A DNA stretch of 64,000 bases from Kudoa neothunni (lineage: Eukaryota > Animalia > Cnidaria), in NCBI GenBank assembly GCA_964304625.1, contig OZ199840.1:3297431-3361430 (forward strand), in the 5' to 3' direction. The notes under the pieces were generated by a model that was given only the letters and a program-made list of their open reading frames with translations, ran no database searches and was not told the DNA's origin. The position numbers and the translations under genes were made by a program. This document shows, in pieces, positions 14,412 to 28,000 of this stretch. The number at the start of each line of letters is the position of its first letter. The first letter of the stretch is position 1.

Positions 14412-15167
14412 ATGAATTCTAACTTTAATTCGAAATTAGTTGTTGAAAGTGGATGTGATGATGGGTGTCTTGGTTGTCAGGTAGTAGCTCAAACTACTAC
14501 CGATAACGTTGAATGTTCTGGTCGAAATGACCGCAACAGTCAATCAGTTTTACATCATCTATTATGTCCATTGTATGAACAACTAAATAGCAATTGTTTG
14601 CTGTTGTCTACCACTCCAATTTCAACACCCGAGTGCAATAGCAATGGCAATAGTCTGCAGGAAATTTCATTCGAAGTTGCTTCTAACAGGTCGTTTATGA
14701 ATGATGAATGCTTTGATAATGAGAAAATTTCTGATTGCTGCTCATATGGATGCTGCCTGCTGGAAGAAAACATCCTCAATCACACAATGATAACTGACGA
14801 CGAAAATAATTCTGCTGTTGATGTTGTTGGCATTGACTATGGAAAGAAATTTTGTAATAATAGAATAAGTAGAATTAGCTTTCCTCCACCTTCAACACAT
14901 TACGAACCCCAGATCACCTGGAGGTACACATTTCCTAGCGAGTGTTCAAATAATATTGTTGATTTGTCTATGTCTTCGAATGACAAATACAGCTTGAACT
15001 GCAAACGAGATGTCTTCCGCACAAATACTATCTTCGGTAACAGCTACATCATGAAAGACTATGAACAAGATTTGGAACGCTACAGGCAATGGTTACTCAA
15101 CTCAAAGGCGCCGATGTCCCAAGAAGAACGATCCTCACGTCGCCGTAAACCAAGAAACGATCATTAG
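14412..15167 (+). CDS. Hypothetical Cys/Asn/Ser-rich protein, divergent from ABI
   Basis: Open 251-aa ORF in AT-rich DNA. Basic C-terminus (RRRKPR). No recognised domain. Confidence 0.5.
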   Translation: MNSNFNSKLVVESGCDDGCLGCQVVAQTTTDNVECSGRNDRNSQSVLHHLLCPLYEQLNSNCLLLSTTPISTPECNSNGNSLQEISFEVASNRSFMNDECFDNEKISDCCSYGCCLLEENILNHTMITDDENNSAVDVVGIDYGKKFCNNRISRISFPPPSTHYEPQITWRYTFPSECSNNIVDLSMSSNDKYSLNCKRDVFRTNTIFGNSYIMKDYEQDLERYRQWLLNSKAPMSQEERSSRRRKPRNDH

Positions 15168-15460
15168 CGTCCTTTGTCTACTGGTTGACCTCTTTTGTAC
15201 TCTAACACCCCTGTTTTTATGCCTGTTATTGTTGGATATTTGTTGTTTGTTGGTTTTTATGCTATGCGTTTTGCTTGCTTATCTTAATTCAATGCGCTTT
15301 GATAATTATTTTAAATAAATCGCGGTAAAGTGAAACGAATTAAATAAGGAGACTATTTGAATGGATTAGGAATTTTAGATAGGCTAACTTGATGTTTGAG
15401 TTAGCAAGAATACGACGTATCTCTAATGTTAATAAATCTCGTACGTTGCTAAAATGATAG

Positions 15461-16211
15461 TCAGATATCTTCTGATAAAATAACTGTTATGTCGGCGTTG
15501 GAATTTGGAAAGTGGTCCTTTTCGTTAGGATGGACGTATACTGTGGCATCTTTTATAAAAAAGGTGTTAAAGTTGAATCGAGACGAATCAAGTGCTGTTT
15601 CTATCACACAATACTCTGCCACACACCCACACACATACACGTCGGTTATTAGATTGTCCAGAAGAATACCGAGAATAGGGCTCTTTTCGATCTTTAAATT
15701 GTCCTGAAAGGCTGAATATGATTCCAACCATGGATTCATACCTTTTTCCACTATATAAACTTGTTGGGGTGAATTTTTAATCTATAATAAACAAATATTA
15801 AGATGGTTAATTGTACAACAATTATACTATGTGAAGAGAAGATGAAAACTCGGCGCCTGAACTTCCAATTATACAATGAACAGGCCATTGAGTTGTTTTG
15901 GTTCTTATACTCCCAAGTTCAAGGGGAAGTTGAAATAAACATGTCTCAAACATTTTAACATCGTTTTTACCGTCACCATCAACCGACACACCGTTATACT
16001 GTTTGTAATTGGTGAAAAACGAAATGTGCGAAGGGGGATGCCAATCTTTGGTGTACACCACGACATCAAATTCTTTCTGTTTGTCCTTTAGTAGCGAATT
16101 TATATTTTGAATGACAGAAATGTGGTCGTCCTTAGTTGCTAGTGACCCTGTTAAAAAATCGTTCTGAACATCCACCACAATAAGACATTTTTTTGTTTCA
16201 GTATTATTCTT
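15461..16211 (-). CDS. PNC1: Nicotinamidase/pyrazinamidase (isochorismatase family); first exon not resolved
   Basis: Motifs LIVVDVQNDF, KDWHP..HISF, WPVHC, EKG...ESYSAF, VYVCG..AEYCV. One short intron near 15785-15830 and an acceptor at ~16212. Confidence 0.9.
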
Positions 16212-16779
16212 CTACAAAAACGGATTATAACAGTTGCTTCAATTTAATGTTTAATAGAATGAACGTCTTAAAGTTTTTGTTAATAGGAACCTTTATATAT
16301 TATTTGATACGCATTTATTGTTACAGCCAATATAATAATTTTTTATAATAAATTATATAATTGTTTAAAATAAATATTTGAATTCTATGCTATGTAATCA
16401 TTTAGTTTACAGAATAAATTTTACTCAAAATATTATATGATTATTAAAACTATTAATTTAGAATCTATTAGTCAAACATGGGACGACTGTATTCAACTTT
16501 TTAATTGGTTAATTTTTGTTGAAAAAAAGGAAAAAACGATAATGTAACTGTAAGTTAATTTAATGTGGGTACATAAATAATTAAATTAGTTAAAAATACT
16601 ATTTTTTGATGATCAGAACAATGAAATTACACAATGATCTTTTTATATGTCTATCATTTGAATTATTTTAAAACAGAGAGAAACCACAAATAATAATTTT
16701 CGTTTAATCAATCTAAATAAATGAGAAATTCAATCTATTTAATATTATTAACTCGTTCGTTATGCGACTGTATCTATAT

Positions 16780-17790
16780 TTATAGGCTGAATTAATTACC
16801 ATGGTAATCCAGTATTTAATCCATTTGAAAATAATGTCCCGATCAAATGTGAGTCTACCCTACGCGAAATAAATTAAATATTGATTCCAAATAATATCAA
16901 ATAGAATACCCAACTGTTTTCTAGCACTTTCCTAACGGATGTGACACAATTTGGGAGGTAATCTGACAAAATCTTGGTATATTTAAGTTGTTTTTCAATT
17001 TCAGTGGAACTATGCCTGTAACTAAATATTTTTAAATTTTCAGCACATTCAATTAATGTATACTGTCTGTAGATTTGTTCAATTTTTTCAACCATTGTGG
17101 AGATCATCTGATAATTATCACATCCATACATTTCCACATTATCCATCCCAGCAGAGGATTCCATGTTAGATACAAACTTTTAGGTAGATTTATAACTAAA
17201 ATTTGACCAACTAGAGTTTCGTTGATATTCGTATTGTACACTGACAACAAAATATGGCTGAGATTTGTAGGGATTAATTCGAGTTTACCTTATCGGGGAT
17301 CTACAAGAATCTAGGCAAGTCTATAAATATGCCTGAGTTATAATTAAATTATGCCAAGAATTCATAAATCTGGCTTAAATGAATTTTCAACTGTTGGTAT
17401 GAATTTTTAGTCATGCATGCGGTCATAAATGTTATCAACCTCTTTTTAGGCGGGAAGAAATTGTTTATTGACATGGTCAATAATTATATATATATTGGAT
17501 TAGAACAAAAATTAAACCTGTAGTTAACGGCGCATCTAGATTCATTTCTGTTTCTTCGTCCCTACCATTTAAGACTTGGGAGGACAACTTTGCATCATTT
17601 AGCAAAAAAAGCGATTATAAAATGGATTTTTTAGGTGCTTAAAATATTTCTACTAAAAATTGCGTGAAAAAGTAAAAATGGGAGCTTATTTTAACAAAAA
17701 ACTGTAAATAATATAAATACAACCGATAATAAAATAAATGCTTACCTTTTTTCTTGTCCTTGTGAGTAATAATTTAGTCGTAACATTAAT
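16780..17790 (-). CDS. Hypothetical multi-exon gene
   Basis: Open exon 16874-17164. GT/AG-bounded short introns near 16860-16910, 17520 and 17745. An NRF1-like motif lies upstream. No homology recognised; boundaries approximate. Confidence 0.4.
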
Positions 17791-17878
17791 GTCGAATAGA
17801 TTAAGATGCGTATAAATCATAATTTGTAAACGAACTACATAATTAATATTTTAGTGAAAAATATCAAACGGGAATATT

Positions 17879-17890
17879 TGCGCTTGCGTA
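17879..17890. promoter_or_regulatory. NRF1/ewg-like motif TGCGCTTGCGTA
   Basis: Resembles the YGCGCAYGCGCR consensus. A nearly identical word lies upstream of QCR9. Confidence 0.4.
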
Positions 17891-19017
17891 CAATAGATCA
17901 TTTATAATTTTTTTGGTTATAATCATAAATTTAAAAATAACGTTACGAATATAAACTTGCGAATAAATATTGTATGTGAAGTTTTAATTTATATAATTTT
18001 TTTGTATGAAAATTTTCAATAATCCAACCACAAAATCTAGAAAATTTAATTATGATGCTAATCAATATTATATTTTTCCATTTTTGTGGCTTATTGAAAA
18101 AATGTACAGTACAACTTTTAAGAATTCAACCAATTTCATGAATTTTATGCTTCGTTAATCCTTTCTATTAGAAGAAAAATTTTTAAAATTTATTTAATTT
18201 GAACCATTTATGATTTTATTCAAGTAATTTGTTAATAAAAACAAAGAAATAAATTACCATTTTTATTTTTTATATTAATAAATAGAAATAATAGCTTGGC
18301 GAAGTTAATTAATATTCATTAAAATTTATTAAATCACTATTCTTAACCAGACTTATTTGAGCTTCGAATGCGCACGTTATATGCCTTCGAGACTCTGATT
18401 ACGTACAAAGCATACTCAGTCATACAATTTGTGAATGGGAGTTTCTGGAATTCAAAATTCCTGTTGCGCGAGCGTACGCGTGTTATTGTTTAGAATTTAC
18501 CGTACCAATAGCCATTTCCTTTTTCCCAGTATTTAACATTTACCTTGCAATTTTTAAGGCCCATTTTATGTAATATTTAAGAAATCTGCATTAGCCTACG
18601 CATTAGTAAAAATTACCGAATACAACTAATATCAGCATCTGCTTACTGGTGCCAGTGTTCATCATTTGTCGTATTGAACACTTTCAGTTAATGTAATACA
18701 GAAACAAATAATATCAACAATTAAAATAAAAATATCAGAATAATCATAACTGATTTAATTTTATTTATTGAGGATTCAAGCAGAACATCGGACGAAAGTA
18801 GTCGATGGTTATTCTTGCCTTTCTCAGTTGTTAGTTAGAATACTTTAACCGTTAATATCCAAGAAATTATAGTCATTTACAAAAAACAAAGCATATCGCA
18901 ATATTAAAGCTACGACTGCACCATAAATCTATTGAGCCATTTTGTAAACGAAAAAACTGCTTAAGAAATTCAAATTTATCAAAAAGTCAAAAGAATGAAT
19001 CAGTTAATCCAAAATTT

Positions 19018-19254
19018 TTATTTTTGAAGCTCCTTCTTCACAAAATTTGGATGAATATCGAGGAATAATTTCTAGAGAAGATATGAAAAGATCGACAAGC
19101 AACAACTTACTCCCTTGTTGTATTCTGCCCATAAATAGTTAATTCCTCGATTTATCACGAGATCCATCATAAATGTAGTCAAACATATTCCGAAAATCAT
19201 TCCGGACTGGCCTTTGAAAAACACTTTGTACATAAATCTACTGTAGGCGGACAT
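19018..19254 (-). CDS. UQCR10: Cytochrome b-c1 complex subunit 9 (QCR9), two exons
   Basis: MYKVFFKGQSGMIFGICLTTFMMDLVINRGINYLWAEYNKG|KLFLDIHP.. matches the QCR9 pattern (Y..FF..S, TM helix, N.GKL..DI). Short GTAAGT..AG intron. Confidence 0.85.
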
Positions 19255-19286
19255 AGCAGATATTCAGAATATAGTGTTAGTGTGCG

Positions 19287-19298
19287 CGCGCTTGCGTA
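19287..19298. promoter_or_regulatory. NRF1/ewg-like motif CGCGCTTGCGTA
   Basis: About 33 nt upstream of the QCR9 ATG. CG-rich word in AT-rich DNA. Confidence 0.45.
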
Positions 19299-19959
19299 TT
19301 TAAATTCAAATGAGGACGTTGCTTTTTATACGCTTAACTCCGATGCGAATTTGAAATCGATTGACTATTTGTTGATAATATAATATGTTTTTATTGAGAT
19401 AATTTTAGTTATAGAATGAAAAACCTAATTGAAATTTTCGTAGTACTCCTCCCTTTTGTTTGAACAATAAAATTATACGTGTTTGCATTAAAATTTTATT
19501 CAATATTTATAACATATACATACATTACATCATTTCCTCCATAAATTTATAAAATTAATAAATTTAGAATAAAAAGATCAGCAAAATAATTGAAAAATAA
19601 GTAAGTTTTAACAAATTTTAACTAAATCTCATTTTGTTTTTGTGTTATAATCAGCGTTGACGACCCAATTTGAACATCTAGTAAATTCTGTTCGAAACAA
19701 ATCGGTCAATTCAAAATTTGTTGTAAAACCAAACTAATATTTAATATAGTTAATGACCGGCTTTACGCACTTTTAAAAATCTCATTTTTTTACAAAATCT
19801 ATCATGAACAAGTAAATAATATATTTAATAATACATTTATTTATGAATTTCAATGAAAGAACTTTATATGATCCTAAATTTTGCGATACAAGTATCACAT
19901 GATTTACCAATTTTACACACCTTTCTGACTCAATTTGGCTTATAGTTTTCATAAAAGTG

Positions 19960-21400
19960 ACCTAAATGGCTAATAAAAATAAATCTAAGAATCGAGAAAT
20001 TGAAGAGAAATACAAAATTATAAAATATCTTTATGGTATCACCTCTAGGTGAAAGGTTGCTATTATAAACCATTTTAATATATCAACAATATCCACTCTT
20101 AATGATAATTTAAATAAGAAGAGAAAATTATAGAAATGTTTTAGTGGGATTGGTTTGTATAAATAGGAAAAATCTAAATGATGGCACCAATATTTCCCTC
20201 GATGAATATGTCTATAATTGGATATGCTGGGTGCGAGCCAAAAAAATTGAATTAACTGTCGTCGACATCATTGATAAGAGAAACGAAATTGCCAGAGAAA
20301 AGAATTTATCATCAAATGCAACATACGGTTGGTATCAATGTTTTAAATTGAGATTTAATCTCAACAAAATAAATTTCCGTGGCTAAGTGGCTGACATTGA
20401 CCCATGTGTAAGTTCTGAATGGCTTTATTAACTTAAAAACATATGTGAATAATATAATGATGGTTGTGTCTATAATATAGATGAAACAGTTTTGTTTTAT
20501 CAGCAAAAACGAGGTATATTTTTTCATTTGCCATACCTGCATATTTTTTTACAGGAAAAAGTTGTGTAAGCCCCATAGAAAGTCATACGAAAAAGTCTAA
20601 AAAAACGAATGACCGTTTGATTCCGTGCCCCACTCAGTGGAGAAAAACTTGAACCTTTGGTTATTGGATCTAGTCGAAAACCCAGATGCTTTAAAAATAT
20701 AACCAGCCCTCCAGTTTTATATGAATCCAATAAGAAGTCTTGGATGACTAGTGAAATCTTCCTATGGTATCATAAAGCTGATATTTTTACCCAAAATACC
20801 ATTAGTTTATTTCAGCCCCTAGATCAAGAGATTATTCACTCATTCAAATGAACATATAAGAGGAAAATGATTAAAAAATACATTTCATGTATTGAGGTGG
20901 GATTAGAACCAACTCCATCAACCATTTTAGATGCGATGGTGTTGAATAAACAAGCGTGGGAGTGTGTAACCGTATCCACCATCATAAATTGTTTTCAAAA
21001 AGTAGGGTTTTCATCTCAGCAAACAGATCCTGTCAAAGATGACTGCATTTTGAAATCATCAGACAAATAATTTAGTGAAATATGTGACACAACTCATCTT
21101 AATATATTACAAGAAGAAATTGAGGTTATAATTGCTGATGAAACTGCAATAGAGAAGGTCAATACGTTTCAAATCTTAAATTCTGAAAAATTCAATGATC
21201 CTTCAACTTTAGGTGAAAAATTTTCAAGTTTATTTATATTAACTTTATCCTATTTTCAAGAACAACAGTAGATCTTATCACTCTAAAAACTGATTCTACG
21301 ATAATTATCTCTTATGAGATAAAGTGTCTCTCTAGATATTTCTCCTTTTTAAATTCTTTGGAGGAAGTTTCTGGTTCGCTTCGAAACAAAATACAAAAGA
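19960..21400 (+). mobile_element. Decayed Tigger/pogo (TIGD-like) transposase
   Basis: CENP-B HTH (LDEYVYNW..GWYQCFKLR), YNIDET, GEKLEPLVIGSSRKPRCFK..KSWMTSEIF and QPLDQEIIHSFK. Multiple frameshifts; boundaries approximate. Confidence 0.85.
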
Positions 21401-21664
21401 ATGTCCAATCAGATCAATTGATTATTTAACTAAAAGATTGTAAATTTTAACTTAATAAATAATTAATCGAACTTGAAGCATTATTTTTAGCATAACGAGT
21501 AGTTTCTTTGTTTGTCACAGACTCGATGATGTTTCAAGGGAATAATTATGTCTATATTTTTTTTCAAATTTTCAATATTATTTTATATTTATTTTGATAT
21601 TAAATTTGTTTATATGATTTTCTCACTGTGTTTTAATGTTTTGTGAAGTGTTTTCAATTATAAT

Positions 21665-21732
21665 GCCCGGTTTTGAAGATCACAGAATCCGGTTCTGGAT
21701 GACACGTAATCCGGTTTTAGATGCAAGCCCTG
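21665..21732. mobile_element. Probable orphan hAT terminus
   Basis: Three CCGGTT subterminal repeats followed by TGCAAGCCCTG (reverse complement CAGGGCTTGCA). Confidence 0.4.
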
Positions 21733-22467
21733 GTATTAAAGGTATATGTAAATTCTTAAACATAAAATATCAACTCAATATATCATCTTTTCTATAAATT
21801 GAAAATTTATCATTTTAATTGTAATTGTAATATTACAAACTATTAAGAGGAGAGAATGTTAAAAAGTTGTTATGTTGTGTCAATCTTAAAGACAAGAATT
21901 TGTGTAACTACAATTTAACCTAAATTATGCAGATTTTTTATTGCAAAATTGATTCTAAATGTAGATAATGTCGCTCTCGTTTGTTTAAAAGATTCTTAGG
22001 AATGATTCGTATTATGTGTGTATGTGAACAGATCGATTTAATGATAATAGTAGTCTACCAAAGTATTATGAGATAGTAAGCACAGTAAAATTCTTCTGTA
22101 ACTGTTAATATAAATAATTGTGTGTAAAGTTCAATAGCGTCACATTAAAAAAATGAATTTCTACGAATTTTATTTATTATCTTGTATTTAGACTAAATAG
22201 CTGTAAAGTTGAAATAATTATTGGTGAGATCGCATGAACGCAAACTTTGAAACTTCCCTTGGGAGCATATCCCCAAGTGCTATACCACAGATTAACTGTA
22301 CAATCCCCGTCTATTTTTGTTTGATCGCATTATCATATACGATATGCGAAGCTTGGTGAGTATTATCTACAAGATATTTATAAAGAAAGACAGAGAAATT
22401 GATTTGTATTACATGTATTATTTATTTTTGAATGTAGTTTCTCTTTATAGGTTTATCGAATGAAATT

Positions 22468-24438
22468 ATGGTTTGCTTTCCCAAAGCAATGAATAAAATT
22501 CATTCATTTTTCAAAAAGTTCTTTCTAATATCAATGATACTCATGAAAAGATTTTCTTCCAAATGTACTATTATGCTAACTCTACATCTTGGGCTAAAAA
22601 TGATAGAATTTATTTTGGCCTATTACGTTGGCAATCTAGCTAGTTTGTATTACATGGTTATACCAATGAATTCAACAAGCGATTTTACAAAAGTTGTGTT
22701 GATTTCATTTCTATTAGTATCTATTATGGCGTTGATACTAGCGTTAAATGAAATGGTTAAATTACATATTCAGGCTAGTGCTAGGAAAAATTTGACCAAG
22801 TATCTTCAGACCATATACGTGCAGCCGTCAATATTCTACAAAGTGAATGTGACATGGACTAATTTCCATCCTGATCAAGCTATGAGTCAAGACGTGGATA
22901 AACTCTGCGATGGGTTCATCCTAATCACAAGCGGCCTCATATGCACTCCTTTTATTCTTACTTTTTATACCTACCTGTGTTCGATGTCGTTCGGCTCCGC
23001 AAAAACCTTTATTGTCTACTGTTACAGCATAGGTTTTATTATTATTGGAAAATTGATTCTGATACCATTATCGATGACTTATTACCATTTGGAACGGTGT
23101 GAAGGTGATCTTCGTAGCAAACACTCAAAACTCAGGGAGTACCACGAAGAAATCGAACTTCTAAAAGGACACCAAGTCGAAAAAGATATACTAAACAAAA
23201 AGTATCTTTTCAAATTGCACTTCAGATCACTCATTTTTTAAATACAGTTTAAGATATATTTGTTGTAATTTTTTAAATAAATCATATTCAGGGCTGATAC
23301 TATCTACATATTAATGTCACGAATAGCAAATAAATTCTTTGGAGTGAAACTAAATGTGTCAATAAATAGTTATTTTGGCGCAATCCTTGCATACATAATG
23401 ATAGGATCTTATGCTATAACTAATGGCATAATCATGGAGGCACCAACTATCAGTTCTACCTCCTTCTACACATTGTATTTGGTGCATATACTTAGTACTA
23501 TTGTCAAATTAATTTCCACCGCTGCTTCGCTAGAGGGGAACGTTCATAGAGTTGGTAAATTGATTCACATTATAAAGACAAGCCGACCTAACGAAACATC
23601 TTATAATGAAACGCCTGAAGCAACTAACGTGATAGAAAATCTCCATAATAGATGTGAATATCAGGGTATTAATCCTGAGAAACTACTTCAAGTAACTCGA
23701 CTATCATTTACACTCCCTGGAACGGATAGATTTCTGGGTTCCAACTACACCTTTACAGTTTACGAACATCAAAGTTTCGGAATTTATGGCCCCTCTGGTA
23801 TTTTTATAATAAACCCGAAATAAATTTATCAATAATATTTTTAAGGGATCGGAAAATCAGTTCTACTAAAAAATATTGTTTCGCTGATAGAAAACACTCA
23901 AGATACTCCTCCGGCTTGGTCCCTTAAGCTTAGAGAACCGCATGCTATAATTTATCTACCACAAAGAAGCTACTTTTCTGAAGGATCAGTCTATTGTCAA
24001 CTAGCCTATCCATATATATATTTGATGAATGATCCTAATTTTACAGCTAGAGCGAATTCGTGTCTTAGATTGGTGGAACTTGAAAACCTTATTGACTGCA
24101 AGGATGCTCACCAGCTTGGCGACAACGTGGACAAACTCTCGCCTGGAGAAAAACAACGTTTGCTGATGGCACGCATATTGTTTCTTCAACCGAAGCTTGC
24201 CAGTAAATAATATTTCAACTGCTTTTATTGATTTTAAAATGTTATTTTAGTTGTCGACGAACCTACGTCATCTCTATCTCTTGAAGTTGCAGTGAATTTG
24301 TTTAATCTTTGCATTGAACGTGGTGTCACGTTCATTACAATATGTCATGATATTGAAGTTTTAAAAAGAACGCACAGAACCATTCTTTCAATGACTTCCA
24401 CGTCCTATACTATTTCTAATATTGCAAGCAACGTTTGA
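22468..24438 (+). CDS. ABCD4: ABC transporter subfamily D, ABCD4-like half transporter
   Basis: HPDQAMSQDVDKLC, EGDLRSKHSKLRE, Walker A GPSG|IGKS, YLPQ, signature LSPGEKQRL, Walker B IVDEPTS and H-loop TICHD. The N-terminus lacks the ABCD1-3 extension. Confidence 0.85.
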
Positions 24439-25078
24439 AACTAACTTTCTTGCATTATATAACAAAACTTTATCAAATTGACAAAAATCATTTTATTCCA
24501 TAATTAAAAAATTCTTGTAATCAATTTTATTTTTGTATTTTATAATGTGTACGCTTAACTAACTTCTATTATGTTACTCGAAGCTTCTATTGGTTTATAA
24601 AACCTTGTGACTGAGGTGATATGTACTGATTAATGATGGAGTGAAAGTTTGCCATGTTATTAAGTTATACAGTGTGCATATTAGCCTTGTTTTACCCCTT
24701 TTTCCATCATATTACATTAAAAATATCTCAGGGTTATATATATATTTGTTTAATTAATTATTAATGTTTTAATTTATTCACTGATTCAAATAAAAACTCT
24801 AAAAAATTCCTAGTAATAAATGGTTCCCTATAATTATCCTTTGTTCGAATTAATAGTAATACAGTTATGATAAACAAAAGACTTTTTTTAGGAATAAGAT
24901 ATTCAATAGCACCTTGGCACCAACTAAATAAACAATTTATGTTTGTATTAAAGATAGTTTTACATAACATTAACCTCATTACGAGAACTAAAGAATGAAA
25001 TTATTTTCTTACAAATTGGGAGCAATATACTTTAATATGCGTATTAGTTGAAAATATTTTCAGTCTATCTAAGATATT

Positions 25079-28000
25079 ATGATCAACCCTGATACACTAG
25101 CAAGATTTGTATCTTGTGATAAGGAATTTATGGACATTACAAAAAAGAATCCTTATGATTATTACGTTATTTTGTTTTATTCTAGAATGTAAATATTTTT
25201 TAATTTTATTTGATCAAAAATCGGATATTTATTCTTTTTGATGTGGTAGAAATATAATTGTCCACGAATTAAATAATTATATGGATAATCAAGCAAACAA
25301 TTTCCCTGTTTTGGTTTTTCTCAAAGTTGGTACGCGTCGATGTCCCGTAATATTATTCTCGTGTATATTTATCACTGAACAGTTAAATTTATTTTAGGAA
25401 TCAACTGTCAATTATAATATAGATAATAATGGATGTGTTGTATTTACAGATGGAGTACGTGTGTGTGATATGTATCAAGCTATTACAGACATAGACCTAC
25501 TAGCATTGGATAATAAAATAAAAAGTCACGTAACAGAGGCAACCAAATACGTAATTAATCAATATCACTATTGCAGTTATCAACATTCCTAGAACAAAAT
25601 TCGTTTAATGGCATCAATATTTACTGATGGTTTCATAACAACTTATGAACATGTGATGGATAAAAAAAGTCCAGCATCTTTCTGCATTATAAAAGAATCC
25701 CTCAGAAAGTTGATATCGACACCTTATGATTCAAATAATTCCACATGTCGTTCGATTTCATTGATATCTGAAGAATTCACTCAACACTTCCAAAAGACAC
25801 CTGGATGTGTGAATACAATGCTATTGATCGGATTTGAAATGGTAAGTTATATTATAAAATAACTGATGCTATTATACCAATTAAATCAAATAACTTTTCA
25901 TTAATTAAACAATAATGATAATAAACCAAGGTAAAAAGCAGTATTTTAATAATTGTATGCCTTAAAGGTGAAAGTAAATGACATTTATCCTGCTGTTATT
26001 TAAGTCCTTATCCTTTCGTTCCCAATTTTCATTTAATATTTAAATGAACGAGGGTAAAATATTTCATCTCCATGGCGTTCTACTTGGAATGTTTCCTCTA
26101 CAATAGTTTTAAAAATGTTATAATAACTTTATTTATTTCAGAATAATTCAAAAATACTTTTAGTAAATAATTATATTATGACGTATTCGAAAATTTATAA
26201 TAAAGCAAATAAAAATATTATACTTCATTTTTAGGATTAATCGTAATTTAGTCCATCAATGGTTTTGGGCAAAATATAATCTTTCGTAGTTCAAAAATAT
26301 TTACATATATATATTTGAAACGTTCTTTTTAATTTAAAAAGGTTATACAGAGTGTATGGTTGTGTATTATCTAATAAATCATTATTGTCATTATTTGTAA
26401 TTATTTAATATATCTACATCGATGAAAAAAATATATATACTACGACTAAATCTGTCGTACCTCCATCTAAAAGAGTCAGCCTTAAATATTTATAGAAATG
26501 GATTAATTTTGGATATGAGAAGTTTACACCAAAATATCCGCGCATGTTGAAAAAGTTGATCGATGTAAGTATTACATTTATATTAAGCCATTTTTTTCGA
26601 ATCTGATACATAATAAATTTTGAATGCATTTAAAAGACAGTTGAAACTTTCATTTGATTATGATACATACTACAAGGATATATTGTTTTTTTAATTTTCA
26701 TTTTTTCTGTAATCTGATGGCAAAAATTTTGGACCATTATAAATTTTTAGATCGTCATAACAAACTATTTTGAAGTAATATATTATCTTCAGACGGCGTA
26801 TAAATTGAGGCATTAAATGGTTTATCTTTTCGCAATGGTTATTTACTTTTCATTGTAAAATACAGTAATTTATTAAAAAAACAGTCGGATATTTTAATAA
26901 ATACATTCTAATTATAAAAATAATTTTACAATGTTTGATTTTATGTTTGAAACAACTTATTTATGATTAACTGGATTTGTTTGTTTTATGTAAATAAAAT
27001 AAAACTATTATAAACTTTTTTATTAAAAAGATTCAAATTATCTATTATAAGAAAATGGATTATAAATTTTTTATATGATAGTATAAATATAATAAGCGTG
27101 AAGAAAATATTCTTTAATCATGAAAATCGAATAACCTGCGGTGAGGTAACCTATTCTAAGGTGCTATGACTAAAAATAATTACTAAATTATACACATAAA
27201 ATAATGTAAGAATAAAATATATGATTGAATCGTTAAAATGATTCTTAAATTGAGTAATAAAATTTATTAGATTAAAAATCAATTTAAATAATCCTTTGAT
27301 TATTAGTTAAACAAGTTAGATATTATTTCAGCAAATATAATTAGCCATCCATAATTATTTTAATTTTTCCATTAGCTGAAATAAATGTTTATGATACAAG
27401 CAAATTAATTTCTAGGAAACTAAATGAGAAGAATATCTAATATTCATTATTTAAATATAGGAATTTAATAAATGATTGTATGATAATAAAATTAACCCAA
27501 ATTTATAACAAAGTTTGAATTGATGGAATTAAGTAATGCGGAATTATTAATTAATAGAATTTCAATCCTATTAGATTTATCTATAAAATTTTTATTTTTA
27601 ATGTTTGAAAATTTTTCAAAAGAGTTGATAAATTAAAATAATATTATTTAACTAATTTTTAATAAGACTAATATATAGAATGAAGATAAAATATATTATC
27701 CTTTTGATAAATCCCCTGCTATGCTGCTATCGTATATTGATGGCTTGGAGACAATTTACAACCATTATTGCACGTTATTTTGCTCGACGCCATATAAATC
27801 ATCTGTCACACCTATTCCTAAAATCAAATCCAGTGTGTCTAAACTTTTTAAGGTAAAATATAATGCTGTTGGAGGTTGAAATTAATATTTTTCCGTAGAA
27901 AAGATATTGGAAATTTTTTAATGTATTTGCCAAAAACATTGATTTGGTTTATAAATGTGAAATAAAATCGTTACTAAAATCTGCAAAAGAAGTTATACCA

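Noticed and set aside
15061-15318. Hydrophobic 85-aa ORF as a membrane protein
   Set aside because: It overlaps ORF 14412 in another frame, and the hydrophobicity is explained by T-rich, probably 3' UTR, sequence.
22234-22356. Upstream coding exon of ABCD4
   Set aside because: Its donor phase is incompatible with the acceptor at 22450, and the ABCD4-like N-terminus is already complete from 22468.
25223-25249. In-frame TGA-TGT-GGT (25239) as a selenocysteine or read-through Trx active site, or a non-canonical intron
   Set aside because: It lies inside a canonical GT-AG intron (25189-25249) whose removal gives a gap-free Trx alignment.
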